Shown one piece after another: positions 39,328 through 49,336 of a stretch of DNA of 64,000 nucleotides (its first letter is position 1; each line of letters opens with the position of its first letter). This DNA is from an uncultured Planctomycetales bacterium (GTDB lineage Bacteria; Omnitrophota; Gorgyraeia; Zapsychrales; JANLHA01), in contig CAZAXH010000002.1 in the NCBI GenBank assembly GCA_964489065.1, forward strand, positions 42,683 through 106,682, written 5' to 3'. Under the pieces are notes generated by a model. It searched no databases, was not told the DNA's origin, and saw only the letters and a program-made list of their open reading frames with translations. Made by a program: the position numbers and the translations under genes.

Positions 39328-41220
39328 TTGGAACCTCCTGTTTTGAACTCTACTGTTCATCATTTTCAGAAATTTATTTCTGCCTTTTTAGCGGGTGTCC
39401 TGATCCTGCTGGGCGGCCTCAATTTTTCCCAGACGTTTTCGTATCCATTTGTTCACGATGATTTGGTTTTTATCCGTAATAATCCGGATATCTCCCGATG
39501 GGACAACTGGCGGGACATTTTTGCCGTTCGTTCGCCTCGAGGCATTGTGAACGCGTATTATCGGCCCGGGCTGGATGTGTTATACCGCCTTCAATATATG
39601 TTTTTTAAATTTAATGCTGGGGCGTATCACGGGTTTAACGTTGCCTTGCATATTTTAAACGGTCTGCTTGTATTTTATGTGTTCCTGCGGATTTTGTCCG
39701 GATGCGGGGAAGCCTTGGGCCGGGTGTGCCGCCGGAGAAAAGAACCGGAGGAGGCAGGGCCTTTGATGGTTGTCTCTCCGTCTCTGTGGGTGGCCTGGAG
39801 CGCCGCCGTTATTTTCGTGATTCATCCTGTGCAGACGGAATCGGTCGCGTGTGTGGCTGGAGTTTCTAACCTTCTGCTTGTGTTTTTATGTCTTCTGTGT
39901 TTTATTCTGTTTTTACGGTTAAGCGAAGGAGGGATATGCCGCCGGAAGGTTTGGGCGGCAGACCTATTGCTTTTGGGCGGGCTTTTTGCCGCGGCCCTGA
40001 GCGTGAAAGAACAGGCGGTCATCTTGCCTTTTTTATTTTTAGCTTACTTGCTGACCGTTGGACGGACACGGCAGAAATCCCTGCGGCTGTCCGTTTTGGC
40101 CGTCTTGTTTCTTATGGCCCTGGTGGCGGGGTATTTCCTGTTCCGGAAAATCTTATTAGGACAGCCGGTTACGCCTTTTTGGGCTTATCATCATGAATTG
40201 TTGTTACGGTTGAAAGCTGTTCCCCGTACCCTGCTGGTTTATTTGCGGATTCTGTTTGTCCCGGCTGGGCTGCATTATTACCGGAGTTTGGATATTTTGG
40301 CCCCTGACGCCGGGGCGAGTCTTATTCTTGTTTTGGCCGGGGCTGTTGTGCTGGCGGGGGGGCGGATTTTACCGGCCGCGTTAAGGCCGTATTACCAGTT
40401 TGGCCTGCTTTGGTTTGCGGTGACCTTAGTGCCGATGCTGAATATTATCCCGTTGATTCACGAATATTCATACATCGCGTTGTTTGAACATTTTTTGTAT
40501 TGGCCTCTGCCAGGGCTTTCTCTGGCGGCCCTGATTGTCGTGACATACCTCCTGGAAACCCGGGTGCCTCCGGAACGCTATAAAACCGTCCGGGCGGTTT
40601 TTATTTTAAGCGTGATTTTCATTTTAACCTTTATCACTCTGAGGCAGACCCGGGTTTGGCGGGATGAGGTCCCTTTGTTCGAGCAGGTGGTCAGGCATGA
40701 ACAGAACTTGGCCAGGGGCCGCCTTTTGTTAGGGAAAGCGTATTTTTTTAATGGCCGGATCGATGACGCCCTCCGGGAATTTACCCGGGCGCTTCATATC
40801 CTGGATGGGTATTTGGAGCGGGTCAGGGATGCGGGCCCCCGGGAGGTTTATCTTTCTTTTAAGAAGGAGGCCCTGTTTAACATGGCCCAGTGTTTTGAGA
40901 AGAAGGGGGCGTGGGCCCAGGCGGTTCAATATTATCAAGCCGCCTTGCAAATTACCCCGAATGATAGTATGATTTTAAATAATTTAGGAGCCGTATTCCT
41001 GCAGATCCATCGGATCGAGGAAGCGGAACAGTGGTTGGCGGCCGCGGTAAGAGCGGATCCTGCTGATTTAATGGCCAAGACCAATTTAGCGTTATGTTAT
41101 ATTTTTTTAGGGAAAGAAACGCAGGCCAGGGAGTTACTCGAGGGTGTGTTATCCGCCGACCCCGGGTTTTATCCCGCTCGTGATAATTTGAATATGTTAA
41201 TCCGTAATCAGGGCTTTTAA
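39328..41220 (+). CDS. Polytopic membrane protein with C-terminal TPR repeats (PMT/GT-C-like plus TPR architecture)
   Basis: About 11 TM helices in the N-terminal 430 aa, then TPR-like repeats (AWAQAVQYYQAALQITPND...). Confidence 0.55.
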   Translation: MEPPVLNSTVHHFQKFISAFLAGVLILLGGLNFSQTFSYPFVHDDLVFIRNNPDISRWDNWRDIFAVRSPRGIVNAYYRPGLDVLYRLQYMFFKFNAGAYHGFNVALHILNGLLVFYVFLRILSGCGEALGRVCRRRKEPEEAGPLMVVSPSLWVAWSAAVIFVIHPVQTESVACVAGVSNLLLVFLCLLCFILFLRLSEGGICRRKVWAADLLLLGGLFAAALSVKEQAVILPFLFLAYLLTVGRTRQKSLRLSVLAVLFLMALVAGYFLFRKILLGQPVTPFWAYHHELLLRLKAVPRTLLVYLRILFVPAGLHYYRSLDILAPDAGASLILVLAGAVVLAGGRILPAALRPYYQFGLLWFAVTLVPMLNIIPLIHEYSYIALFEHFLYWPLPGLSLAALIVVTYLLETRVPPERYKTVRAVFILSVIFILTFITLRQTRVWRDEVPLFEQVVRHEQNLARGRLLLGKAYFFNGRIDDALREFTRALHILDGYLERVRDAGPREVYLSFKKEALFNMAQCFEKKGAWAQAVQYYQAALQITPNDSMILNNLGAVFLQIHRIEEAEQWLAAAVRADPADLMAKTNLALCYIFLGKETQARELLEGVLSADPGFYPARDNLNMLIRNQGF

Positions 41221-41273
41221 CCGGTGGGGCCGGGGGGTCCGGCTGCCACGGTTAGAAACATGAAGAGGCGTAT

Positions 41274-41963
41274 ATGCTGCCGTTAACAATGGAACAGGTT
41301 GTTCTTTTGGGACTGGTGATGGTTTTTCTCCTTTTGGGGTTTCTTGTGTTAATACCCACGACCCCGCGCGGAAGCCCGCGTAAGAAATTTACTTATAAAG
41401 TCCGGGAAGAGGAAGTGAAGGATTGGCAGGCGGTGAGCCTGAAACTGGAGCGGGTGATCCGATCTTTGAAACATCAGATGGCCCAGATGCAGAAAGAGCA
41501 GAAAATATTGGAGCGGGATGTGGTTGTTCAGAAGGAGAAATACGCGAAACTGCAGAGCAAGATCGCGCAAGAACGGGGATGGCAGACCAAGGAACAGACA
41601 GATATGGATAAGAAAAATCAGGAGGTGATTCGGTTGCGGGAGGATTTGCATAACGCCGAACAACAGTTGGCCCAGGAACACGCGGAGAGATTAAGGCTTC
41701 AGCGGGAACAAAAGGAGTTGTCCGGGACCCTTGCTGCCGCCCAGGCCCAGATCAAGGGGCTGGAGACCCAGGGCATTAAGTATAAAGCCCAGCTTGATGC
41801 TTATCGCAGCGAGATTTCGGGGTTGCGGTCTGAAAATCAGCAGCTTTCCCAGAAGCATAATGAGGAAACCTGGGTGGCCAAAAGTGAGTATAGCAAGCTT
41901 AAAAAAGATTATGCGGTGCTGGAACACGAGTTAAAGAAATATAAACCGCCGGCCAACGGATGA
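41274..41963 (+). CDS. Membrane-anchored coiled-coil protein, hypothetical
   Basis: N-terminal TM, then a long Q/E/K-rich heptad region. Confidence 0.4.
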   Translation: MLPLTMEQVVLLGLVMVFLLLGFLVLIPTTPRGSPRKKFTYKVREEEVKDWQAVSLKLERVIRSLKHQMAQMQKEQKILERDVVVQKEKYAKLQSKIAQERGWQTKEQTDMDKKNQEVIRLREDLHNAEQQLAQEHAERLRLQREQKELSGTLAAAQAQIKGLETQGIKYKAQLDAYRSEISGLRSENQQLSQKHNEETWVAKSEYSKLKKDYAVLEHELKKYKPPANG

Positions 41964-41994
41964 GTTGGGCTGAAGGGCCCTTGGGAAAAAAGCT

Positions 41995-43170
41995 ATGTTC
42001 GCTGACCGTACATCTTGGGGCATGGATCTGAATGAGTTGACCGTCGCGCTTGACCGGAAGAGGCGAGCCGGCGCCGCTATCCTTGATTTGACGGAATCCA
42101 ATCCGACACGTTGCGGCTTTTTTTCCCCGGAGGAGAAAATCCTGCAGGCGCTTTGTGTCCCCGCGAATTTATTATATCAGCCCGCTCCTCAGGGGCTGCT
42201 AGCGGCCAGAGAGGCCCTGGGCCTGTCCTTGCTTAAAAGAGGCGTGGCCGTGCGGCCGGAGAACATTTTTCTCACGGCTTCCACGTCGGAAGCTTATTCC
42301 TTTGTCTTTCGCCTGCTGGCTAATCCGGGGGAAACTCTTTTGTTCCCTCAGCCCAGTTATCCGCTGTTCCAGTTCTTGGCGGATATTCTGGATGTGCGCC
42401 TGGAGCCGTATCCGCTGCTTTATGACGGGCGACGTTGGCGCATGGATTTAAACACGTTGGTCCGGAAGGTGTCTTCGCGGACCCGGGCGGTGGTTTGCGT
42501 GAATCCCAATAATCCTACCGGCAATTATGTCAAGAAGGATGAGCTGGCGGCGCTGGATGACCTGTGCCGCCAGAATGATATGGCGCTTATTTCTGATGAG
42601 GTGTTTTACGATTACGGTTTTGAGCGATCCGGGAGTATCAGCCTGCTTGGTCACCGGGATACGCTTACATTTACCCTCGGGGGATTGTCCAAAGACCTGG
42701 GCCTGCCGCAGATGAAACTTTCCTGGATTATTCTTGATGGCCCGGACGGCCAGGTTCGGGAGGCCCGTCAGCGTCTGGAGGTGATTGCCGACACGTATTT
42801 GTCGGTGAATACTCCGGTTCAGAATGCGCTGGGGGCCTGGTTGGAGTTGAAGCCGGATATTCAAAAGCAGATTATGGAGAGGCTCAATGCCAACCGGGTC
42901 TATTTGGAAACGGCGGCTCAAACGGCCGGCTGGGACGTTTATCACACAGAAGGGGGATGGTACGGGGTGCTCAGGCTTCCTCCGGGGAGCAGGGAAGATG
43001 AGTGGGGCATGGCCTTGCTGGAACGGGAGAATGTTTTTACGCATCCTGGATACTTTTTTGATTTCACGGAAGAGCCGGTTCTGGTCCTTAGTTTCTTGAC
43101 GGTCCCGGAATGTTTTCGCGCGGGGGTGGATAGGATCTTAGCCTCGGTTGCGCCCGGGGGCCGTGTATGA
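41995..43170 (+). CDS. PLP-dependent class I/II aminotransferase
   Basis: Fold-type I motifs including the PLP-lysine context LGGLSKDLGLPQMKLSW; alternative start at ATG 42022. Confidence 0.7.
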   Translation: MFADRTSWGMDLNELTVALDRKRRAGAAILDLTESNPTRCGFFSPEEKILQALCVPANLLYQPAPQGLLAAREALGLSLLKRGVAVRPENIFLTASTSEAYSFVFRLLANPGETLLFPQPSYPLFQFLADILDVRLEPYPLLYDGRRWRMDLNTLVRKVSSRTRAVVCVNPNNPTGNYVKKDELAALDDLCRQNDMALISDEVFYDYGFERSGSISLLGHRDTLTFTLGGLSKDLGLPQMKLSWIILDGPDGQVREARQRLEVIADTYLSVNTPVQNALGAWLELKPDIQKQIMERLNANRVYLETAAQTAGWDVYHTEGGWYGVLRLPPGSREDEWGMALLERENVFTHPGYFFDFTEEPVLVLSFLTVPECFRAGVDRILASVAPGGRV

Positions 43171-43195
43171 GCGGGGATGCTTCGCCGTGAAAGTG

Positions 43196-43612
43196 ATGAT
43201 AGGAATAAAAAAGTTTTTCCGTTCCCGCGGATTCGTCATTGTGGCCGCCGGCATAGTCTGGCTGATTTACTCCTGCCAGCATTTGCCCATCCGGTTTTCG
43301 TTCCCGCTTTATGGCCGGGCGTCTTGGTATTCCAGAGAATCGCCGGGGATTAACGAGAGAACAGCGAATAATGAGAAATTTGACGATCAGGCCATGACCT
43401 GCGCCCTGTGGAGCGTCCGGTTTAATCAGAAAGTGAAGGTGACAAATTTGAAGAACGGGAAGTCCGTTATCGTCCGCGTGAACGACCGCGGGCCGGCCCG
43501 CCGTTTTGTCCGGCAGGGCCGGGTGATTGACCTGACAAAAGCGGCTTTTGATAGAATTGCGTCTTTAAAACAAGGGCTTATCAGCGTGCGGGTGGATTTG
43601 GTTCGGGAATGA
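43196..43612 (+). CDS. rlpA: RlpA-like lytic transglycosylase (double-psi beta-barrel domain)
   Basis: GRASWYS...TANNEKFD...VNDRGP motifs of the RlpA DPBB domain; N-terminal TM. Confidence 0.7.
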   Translation: MIGIKKFFRSRGFVIVAAGIVWLIYSCQHLPIRFSFPLYGRASWYSRESPGINERTANNEKFDDQAMTCALWSVRFNQKVKVTNLKNGKSVIVRVNDRGPARRFVRQGRVIDLTKAAFDRIASLKQGLISVRVDLVRE

Positions 43613-43678
43613 AAAATTTTTGGTCTTAAGCCTGGAGGCGTTTGTCAATATAAGGAACCCGTTAAAAGGAGAAGAGAC

Positions 43679-44158
43679 GTGGGAGCAAGACCGGATTGGG
43701 ATAGTTATTTTCTGAAACTGGCCATGCTGGCTTCGGAACGCGCCACCTGCCCGCGTATGCATTGCGGCTGCGTGCTGGTGAAAAATAAAAACGTTATTGC
43801 CACGGGGTATAACGGATCGATTCCCGGTGATGATCATTGCGAAGATGTGGGATGCCTGATCGTTGATCATCATTGCGTGAGGACCAATCACGCCGAAATG
43901 AACGCGATCACGCAGGCGGCTAAATGGGGGCATCCCGTGGATGGGGCCACGGCTTACGTGACGAATATGCCCTGCACAACCTGCGCCAAGGCGCTGATAG
44001 CCGCCGGAATCAAACGCGTGGTGGTTTTTTCCGATTATCATGATACTCTGGCCACGGAGTTTTTTGCGAAGGCGAAGGTGACCATTGATAAAATCCCCAT
44101 GCCGTCCAGAGAAATTGAGTACGACCTTAAGAATTATTCTTCAGCCAGGCCTTTATAG
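43679..44158 (+). CDS. dCMP deaminase (ComEB-like cytidine/deoxycytidylate deaminase)
   Basis: GTG start after AAGGAG; zinc motifs HAEMNAI and PCTTCAKALIAAGIKRV. Confidence 0.8.
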   Translation: MGARPDWDSYFLKLAMLASERATCPRMHCGCVLVKNKNVIATGYNGSIPGDDHCEDVGCLIVDHHCVRTNHAEMNAITQAAKWGHPVDGATAYVTNMPCTTCAKALIAAGIKRVVVFSDYHDTLATEFFAKAKVTIDKIPMPSREIEYDLKNYSSARPL

Positions 44159-44288
44159 GGGCGGGCAGGACGGCCAGCATCACTGGGGCAGCATAAGCGA
44201 TATTGCCGTTGCAAAGGCTGATGGTTCGCGATAAGATTGAAGTGCTTGAGTTTAAGGGAAAGAGAACTTTCTACCGGGGAAGGAGATT

Positions 44289-44699
44289 ATGGACACCCCT
44301 AAAATACTTATTGCCGACGACGAGCCGGACGTTTTGCGCGTTATGGAAAAAAGAATCAGAGCGGCAGGCTATCAGGTGGTCAAGGCTAAAGACGGCCTGG
44401 ATGCCTGGGCGAAAATCTGTTGTGAACACCCGGATGTCATTCTTCTGGATCTCATCATGCCGGGGATGGACGGTTTTGCGGTTTTGGAGAAGCTCCGCGC
44501 CCGGCCTGCGGTAAAAAAATGGCAGCCGGTCATCATTGTGTCTGCGCGAGGGGAACTTGAAGATATGAAGAAAGGGTTCTCTCTGGAAGCGGATCATTAT
44601 ATTATGAAGCCCTGTCAGATGGAGGATGTGCTTAAGGCCATTACGCTTATGCTGAATCTCCTGCCACAGCGAAAACAGCCATCGGAATGGGAACCGTGA
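44289..44699 (+). CDS. Stand-alone response-regulator receiver
   Basis: ILIADDEPD...VILLDLIMPGMDG...VIIVSA motifs; RBS GGAAGGAG. Confidence 0.75.
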   Translation: MDTPKILIADDEPDVLRVMEKRIRAAGYQVVKAKDGLDAWAKICCEHPDVILLDLIMPGMDGFAVLEKLRARPAVKKWQPVIIVSARGELEDMKKGFSLEADHYIMKPCQMEDVLKAITLMLNLLPQRKQPSEWEP

Positions 44700-44720
44700 T
44701 TTTAAGGAATTGACGGACCT

Positions 44721-45539
44721 ATGTTTCGCGTTGTCCTTTATCCATTATTATTTGTCCTGGGGGCTGTTGTTTACGTCCGGTTCTTGGAACGGTCGACAGT
44801 TTTTCAGCCCAATAAGATCGTCCTTTCCACACCCCAAGAGGTGGGGATTGAGTATGAGGATGTGTATTTCCCCTCGACGGACAACAGCCGCTTGCACGGC
44901 TGGTTTGTCCCGGCGGCACGTCCTCAGGATGCCCCGCTTGTCATTTTTTTACACGGGAACGCCGGGAATATCGGAGACCGTCTGGAAAAGATTTTGATGT
45001 TCCATAACTTGGGATGCAGCCTTTTTATTTTTGACTATCGGGGGTACGGCAATAGTGAAGGGGCCCCCACGGAAGAAGGGATGTACGAGGATGTCCAGGC
45101 GGCGTATGACATTGTTTTGGCCCGCCAGGATATCCGCCGGGATAAAGTCATTGTTTACGGCGCGTCCCTGGGAGGCGTTGCGGCGGTTGATTTGGCCACC
45201 CGCCGTGAGGTGGACGCCCTGATCCTGGACTCGACGTTCACTTCTGCCGTGGATATGGGAAAGATTATGTTCCCGGTCATCCCGTCTTTTCTCCTGAACG
45301 TCAAGCTGGATTCCGTGAGCAAGATTCAATCCTGCCGTATGCCGAAGTTATTTATTCACAGCGTAGATGACAGAACCGTCCCGTTTGCTTTGGGGCAGAA
45401 ACTTTTCGAAGTAGCCCCGGACCCCAAAGCGTTTCTGAAAATAACGGGTGGGCACAATGACGGGCATGTTGTTTCGGCTCGGACCTATGTCGGCGGGATG
45501 ACCGCGTTTCTGCGGCAATACGGGTTTTTAAAAATTTGA
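44721..45539 (+). CDS. Alpha/beta hydrolase (BEM46/S33-like)
   Basis: VIFLHGNAGN...nucleophile elbow GASLGG...catalytic D/H positions. Confidence 0.7.
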   Translation: MFRVVLYPLLFVLGAVVYVRFLERSTVFQPNKIVLSTPQEVGIEYEDVYFPSTDNSRLHGWFVPAARPQDAPLVIFLHGNAGNIGDRLEKILMFHNLGCSLFIFDYRGYGNSEGAPTEEGMYEDVQAAYDIVLARQDIRRDKVIVYGASLGGVAAVDLATRREVDALILDSTFTSAVDMGKIMFPVIPSFLLNVKLDSVSKIQSCRMPKLFIHSVDDRTVPFALGQKLFEVAPDPKAFLKITGGHNDGHVVSARTYVGGMTAFLRQYGFLKI

Positions 45540-45721
45540 TGCGGAACCCCACGCTGATAAGCGTGGCGCTTATGAATAATCCGCTTCGCGGAATATTTTG
45601 CCGTCTTCATATACGTGCGAACATCCTGGAAGCAGAAAATTTTGTTAACCTCCCGTATTGATCCGCGGGCATGCCCGTGGTTTTCTGTAAAAGCGGATCA
45701 ATGAACGGAAAGCGTTGTGCT

Positions 45722-46927
45722 ATGAGTGATTTTTTGACTGTCAGAGGGCCGGATATTGTCCGGAAAAATAAAAAGGTCCGGTTGCGGGGTGTGAACCTGG
45801 GCGGCTGGTTGATGATGGAAGGATATATTTTGCATTCTCTAAACCGTCCGGTCTGTATTTTAAAGAATAGACTGAAGAAATCCTTGGGCCCCCGGCAGGC
45901 CCGTGAACTGGAAGCCGCGTTTCAGGCGAATTTTATCACCGAGGATGATTTCCGGCAGATATCAGGATGGGGGTGGAATTGCGTGCGCGTGCCGTTCCAT
46001 TACGCGCTTATTGAAAATGAGCCTTACCGTTATGACGCCCAGGGGTTGGCATGGTTGGACCGGGTGATCGCCTGGGCGAAACAGTTCCGGTTATGGGTTA
46101 TTTTGGACCTGCACGCGGCCTGCGGATCACAGAATCATGACTGGCATTCAGACAGCCGGGGCAAGGCCGGGTTATGGAGCCAGCCATCCTGCCTGCGGCG
46201 GACAAGGGCCCTGTGGGCATTTTTGGCGGACCGTTACCGGGAGGAACCTGCGATCGCCGGGTATGATATTTTAAACGAAGCGGTTGTGGCGGATTCTGGC
46301 CGTCTCAGCGGGCTTTACCGGGATATTATCCGGGATATACGGCAAGCGGATTCCCGTCATATTATTTTTGCCGAAGGGAATTCCTGGGCTACGGATCTCT
46401 CCTGTTTGGACGCGGTGGACGACCCCCAGTTGGTTTACAGCGTGCACGCTTACGAGCCGCTGGATTTTACCTTTAATTTCGTCCCGTGCTTGCGTTATCC
46501 CGTGAAGGGGAGGACGGGGCTCTTTACAAAAGCGTCTTTGCGCCGCTTTTTGTCCCGGCACCGCGATTTCGCGAGATCGCGGCAGCGCCCGCTTTTTGTC
46601 GGTGAGTTCGGGGTCAATTACCGCGATGGCCTCTACGGCGAAGCCCTGTGGCTGGAGGACATCCTGGATATTTTTTATGAATTTGACTTTCACTGGACGT
46701 ACTGGACTTATAAGGCGGTTAAGAACTCTGTTTTTCCTGACGGGATGTTCAGTTATTACGGGAACCCGGCCTGGGTGAAGAGGGAAGGGCCGCTTTTGGG
46801 CTGGGATAATTATGTCGCAACCTGGCCGCGGCACAGGGAGGCCATGATCCGCTCCTGGCAGACGCGGGAATTTAAACCCAATCAGAAGTTGGTCACGATC
46901 ATTAAAAAGGCTGTGCGCCGCTTATGA
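45722..46927 (+). CDS. Glycoside hydrolase family 5 (cellulase-like) enzyme
   Basis: GVNLGGW, NEP (acid/base) and FVGEFG (nucleophile) motifs; start likely ATG 45722. Confidence 0.65.
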   Translation: MSDFLTVRGPDIVRKNKKVRLRGVNLGGWLMMEGYILHSLNRPVCILKNRLKKSLGPRQARELEAAFQANFITEDDFRQISGWGWNCVRVPFHYALIENEPYRYDAQGLAWLDRVIAWAKQFRLWVILDLHAACGSQNHDWHSDSRGKAGLWSQPSCLRRTRALWAFLADRYREEPAIAGYDILNEAVVADSGRLSGLYRDIIRDIRQADSRHIIFAEGNSWATDLSCLDAVDDPQLVYSVHAYEPLDFTFNFVPCLRYPVKGRTGLFTKASLRRFLSRHRDFARSRQRPLFVGEFGVNYRDGLYGEALWLEDILDIFYEFDFHWTYWTYKAVKNSVFPDGMFSYYGNPAWVKREGPLLGWDNYVATWPRHREAMIRSWQTREFKPNQKLVTIIKKAVRRL

Positions 46928-47742
46928 AAATTTTAAGCTTGACCAATCCCCGGATTAAGAATTTATTAACATTAAGAAAGCCCCGGGCCCGGGGGGAACA
47001 GGGGCTCACGGTTGTGGATGGCGTTCAGGAGATTACCCGGGCGCTGGAGGCTGGCGTCCCGTTCCAGGAGGTCTTTTTCGGTCTTAACGCGGCCTCTCAA
47101 CATCTCCTGGGCCTGTTAGCGGCCAGGCGTGTTCCTGTCTACGAGGTGTCGGACCGCGTCATGGAACGGATTGCCTTCGGCGCCCGGGACGAAGGCCTCG
47201 TGGCGGTTTGCGCTCCCCGGCCCTGGACCCTGGAAGCTCTTCCTTGCCGTGCCCGCGCTTTGTACGTGGTTGTGGAGGAAGTGGAAAAGCCGGGGAACCT
47301 GGGAGCTATTATCCGGACGTGCGACGCGGCGGGGGTAGACGGGGTGATCACCTGCGATACCCGGACCGACATTTATAATCCGAATTGCATCCGGGCCAGC
47401 CTGGGCTGCGTATTCTCGTTGCCGGTTGTCAAAGCGGCTCCGGAACAGGTCCAGCGGTTTTTAAAATCCCGGGAAGTCAAGATTGTCGCCACGACTCCAG
47501 CCGCGGAAAAAGCGTATTATGATGCGGACTTAACGTCAAATCTCGCTGTTATCGTGGGGAGTGAACATGAAGGGCTTGGGCCGTTCTGGCTTGAGCGCGC
47601 CCAGGAAAGCGTGCGCATTCCCATGAAGGGGCAGGGGGATTCCCTTAATGTTTCTGTTTCCTGCGCGGTTATAATTTACGAGGCCTGCCGGCAAAGAAGG
47701 CATCAGGCCGATGAGCCGCCGGCCCGGAGGGAGAGAGTATGA
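46924..47742 (+). CDS. TrmH/SpoU-family RNA 2'-O-methyltransferase
   Basis: SpoU motifs EKPGNLGAIIRTCDAAG, VIVGSEHEGL, NVSVSCAVIIYE. Confidence 0.75.
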   Translation: MKILSLTNPRIKNLLTLRKPRARGEQGLTVVDGVQEITRALEAGVPFQEVFFGLNAASQHLLGLLAARRVPVYEVSDRVMERIAFGARDEGLVAVCAPRPWTLEALPCRARALYVVVEEVEKPGNLGAIIRTCDAAGVDGVITCDTRTDIYNPNCIRASLGCVFSLPVVKAAPEQVQRFLKSREVKIVATTPAAEKAYYDADLTSNLAVIVGSEHEGLGPFWLERAQESVRIPMKGQGDSLNVSVSCAVIIYEACRQRRHQADEPPARRERV

Positions 47743-48479
47743 GAAAACGGTCCACGGAACAATGCGGGGGCGACGGGCTCCGGCTGCAGGTTTATATTTC
47801 TCAGGCCGGCGTCGCATCGCGCCGGCAGGCAATGGTTCTGATTCAGGACGGGCATGTTTCTGTCAATGGGCAGCCGGTGACGGAGCCGTCTGTCCGGGTG
47901 AGCGGCAGGGATGATGTGCGTGTGGACGGCAACAGGGTTGTGACGCCGGCGTTTCAATATATTATGATGCATAAACCGGCCGGATACGTTACGACGCGCA
48001 TGGATCCTCATGCCAAGAAGACAATTTATGATCTTCTGCCGCCAGCGTTTTTTCAGCTTAAGCCGGTGGGACGTCTCGATAAAGATACGGAAGGCCTTTT
48101 GTTGTTAACAAATGATGGTAAAACTATTCAAAAATTAACACATCCAAGGTATAATATTAATAAGACTTATATTCTTAGAATTCAAGGTGTTTTAAAACCC
48201 GAGGACCGTAAACGGATTGAGCGCGGACTGTTTATCGAGCGCTACAAAACAGCCCCGGCCAGGGTGGAACATGTTCACAGTCAAGGATTGGAAACACAGT
48301 TGTCGCTCACGATCCATGAAGGCCGGAAACGGCAGATTAGAAATATGATGGCCCATCTGGGCTACAAGGTCCTGGCCCTGAAAAGGGTGCGTCAGGGGCC
48401 GGTGAAATTGGGGGGGCTGCCGACGGGGGCGTTCCGGTTGTTAACCGATCAGGAAGTCAGGGCCTTGAAAACGGGTTAG
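47739..48479 (+). CDS. RsuA/RluB-family rRNA pseudouridine synthase (S4 domain plus catalytic domain)
   Basis: S4 domain (RLQVYISQAGVASRRQA); catalytic GRLDKDTEGLLLLTNDG. Confidence 0.8.
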   Translation: MRKRSTEQCGGDGLRLQVYISQAGVASRRQAMVLIQDGHVSVNGQPVTEPSVRVSGRDDVRVDGNRVVTPAFQYIMMHKPAGYVTTRMDPHAKKTIYDLLPPAFFQLKPVGRLDKDTEGLLLLTNDGKTIQKLTHPRYNINKTYILRIQGVLKPEDRKRIERGLFIERYKTAPARVEHVHSQGLETQLSLTIHEGRKRQIRNMMAHLGYKVLALKRVRQGPVKLGGLPTGAFRLLTDQEVRALKTG

Positions 48480-48484
48480 GTGGA

Positions 48485-49336
48485 GTGATGAAGAAAATTA
48501 TCATATCCTGGATTGTGTTAGCGGCTGTGAACGGAATGTTGGCTACACGGGGAGATGCGCAGCGTTCCAAAGAGTATATGACGGAAGCTGTGAGCCGGTG
48601 TGAAGATTTTAAGCGCCAAGTGAAGAATGATATTTATATCCCGCAGGCGATGCTGAATGAGAAAGAGAACTGCATTATCCGGGAGTTCGCGACGGTCGTT
48701 AAAGAAGACCATCAGGATGTTCTTGATACTTACGTGGCGAGCGATATAGAGGCGTGCGTTAAAGAATCCATTACAAAAGAGCGGACATTTAAGATCGAGA
48801 TATTTCAGGGGTGTATCGCCAAGAGAGTTGAGGAATTGGTCAAGAGGATTAATGGCGCCTGCGAAGATGTCCCGAAGTTTCTGAAAGTCGGCATGGGGAA
48901 GCAGGGTTGTGAAGAGGCCCTGATTCTCCTGGTCGCCGAAGAATATAAAAAACTTATTAATCCGGATCCGCCGAAATGGCTGCAGGCTTATATGGCCTTG
49001 AAGCAGATCCTGAAACCGGTTTTGCCGTGGGCTTTTTATGTCTCCCTGCTGGTGATCCTGATTTATTTCGCGGATCTTTTCTGGCATGAGAAATACCGCT
49101 GGATTCAGATGGCGGTTGTCACGATGCTGTACAGCGCGATGTTAGTTCTGAATGTTTTTAAGGATTTTTATCCGGGTCCCATGATCAATATTGTGCTGAT
49201 AGGAATTATTATTTTATGGAACCACCGTCCCCCGAAGAAAGAAAAGGACCTGGGGGTCGATTTAGAGACTGCTTTGAAATATTATGATCGCGATCACAAA
49301 CCTGACAAAGAACCTCACTCAGAGGACGCTGTTTAA
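48485..49336 (+). CDS. Hypothetical Cys-containing periplasmic protein with C-terminal TM helices
   Basis: Signal peptide; two C-terminal TM helices; no motif recognised. Confidence 0.35.
   Translation: MMKKIIISWIVLAAVNGMLATRGDAQRSKEYMTEAVSRCEDFKRQVKNDIYIPQAMLNEKENCIIREFATVVKEDHQDVLDTYVASDIEACVKESITKERTFKIEIFQGCIAKRVEELVKRINGACEDVPKFLKVGMGKQGCEEALILLVAEEYKKLINPDPPKWLQAYMALKQILKPVLPWAFYVSLLVILIYFADLFWHEKYRWIQMAVVTMLYSAMLVLNVFKDFYPGPMINIVLIGIIILWNHRPPKKEKDLGVDLETALKYYDRDHKPDKEPHSEDAV

Noticed and set aside
45579-45596. Hairpin CCACGC-tgataa-GCGTGG after the alpha/beta hydrolase gene
   Set aside because: No following U-tract, so it is not a convincing intrinsic terminator.
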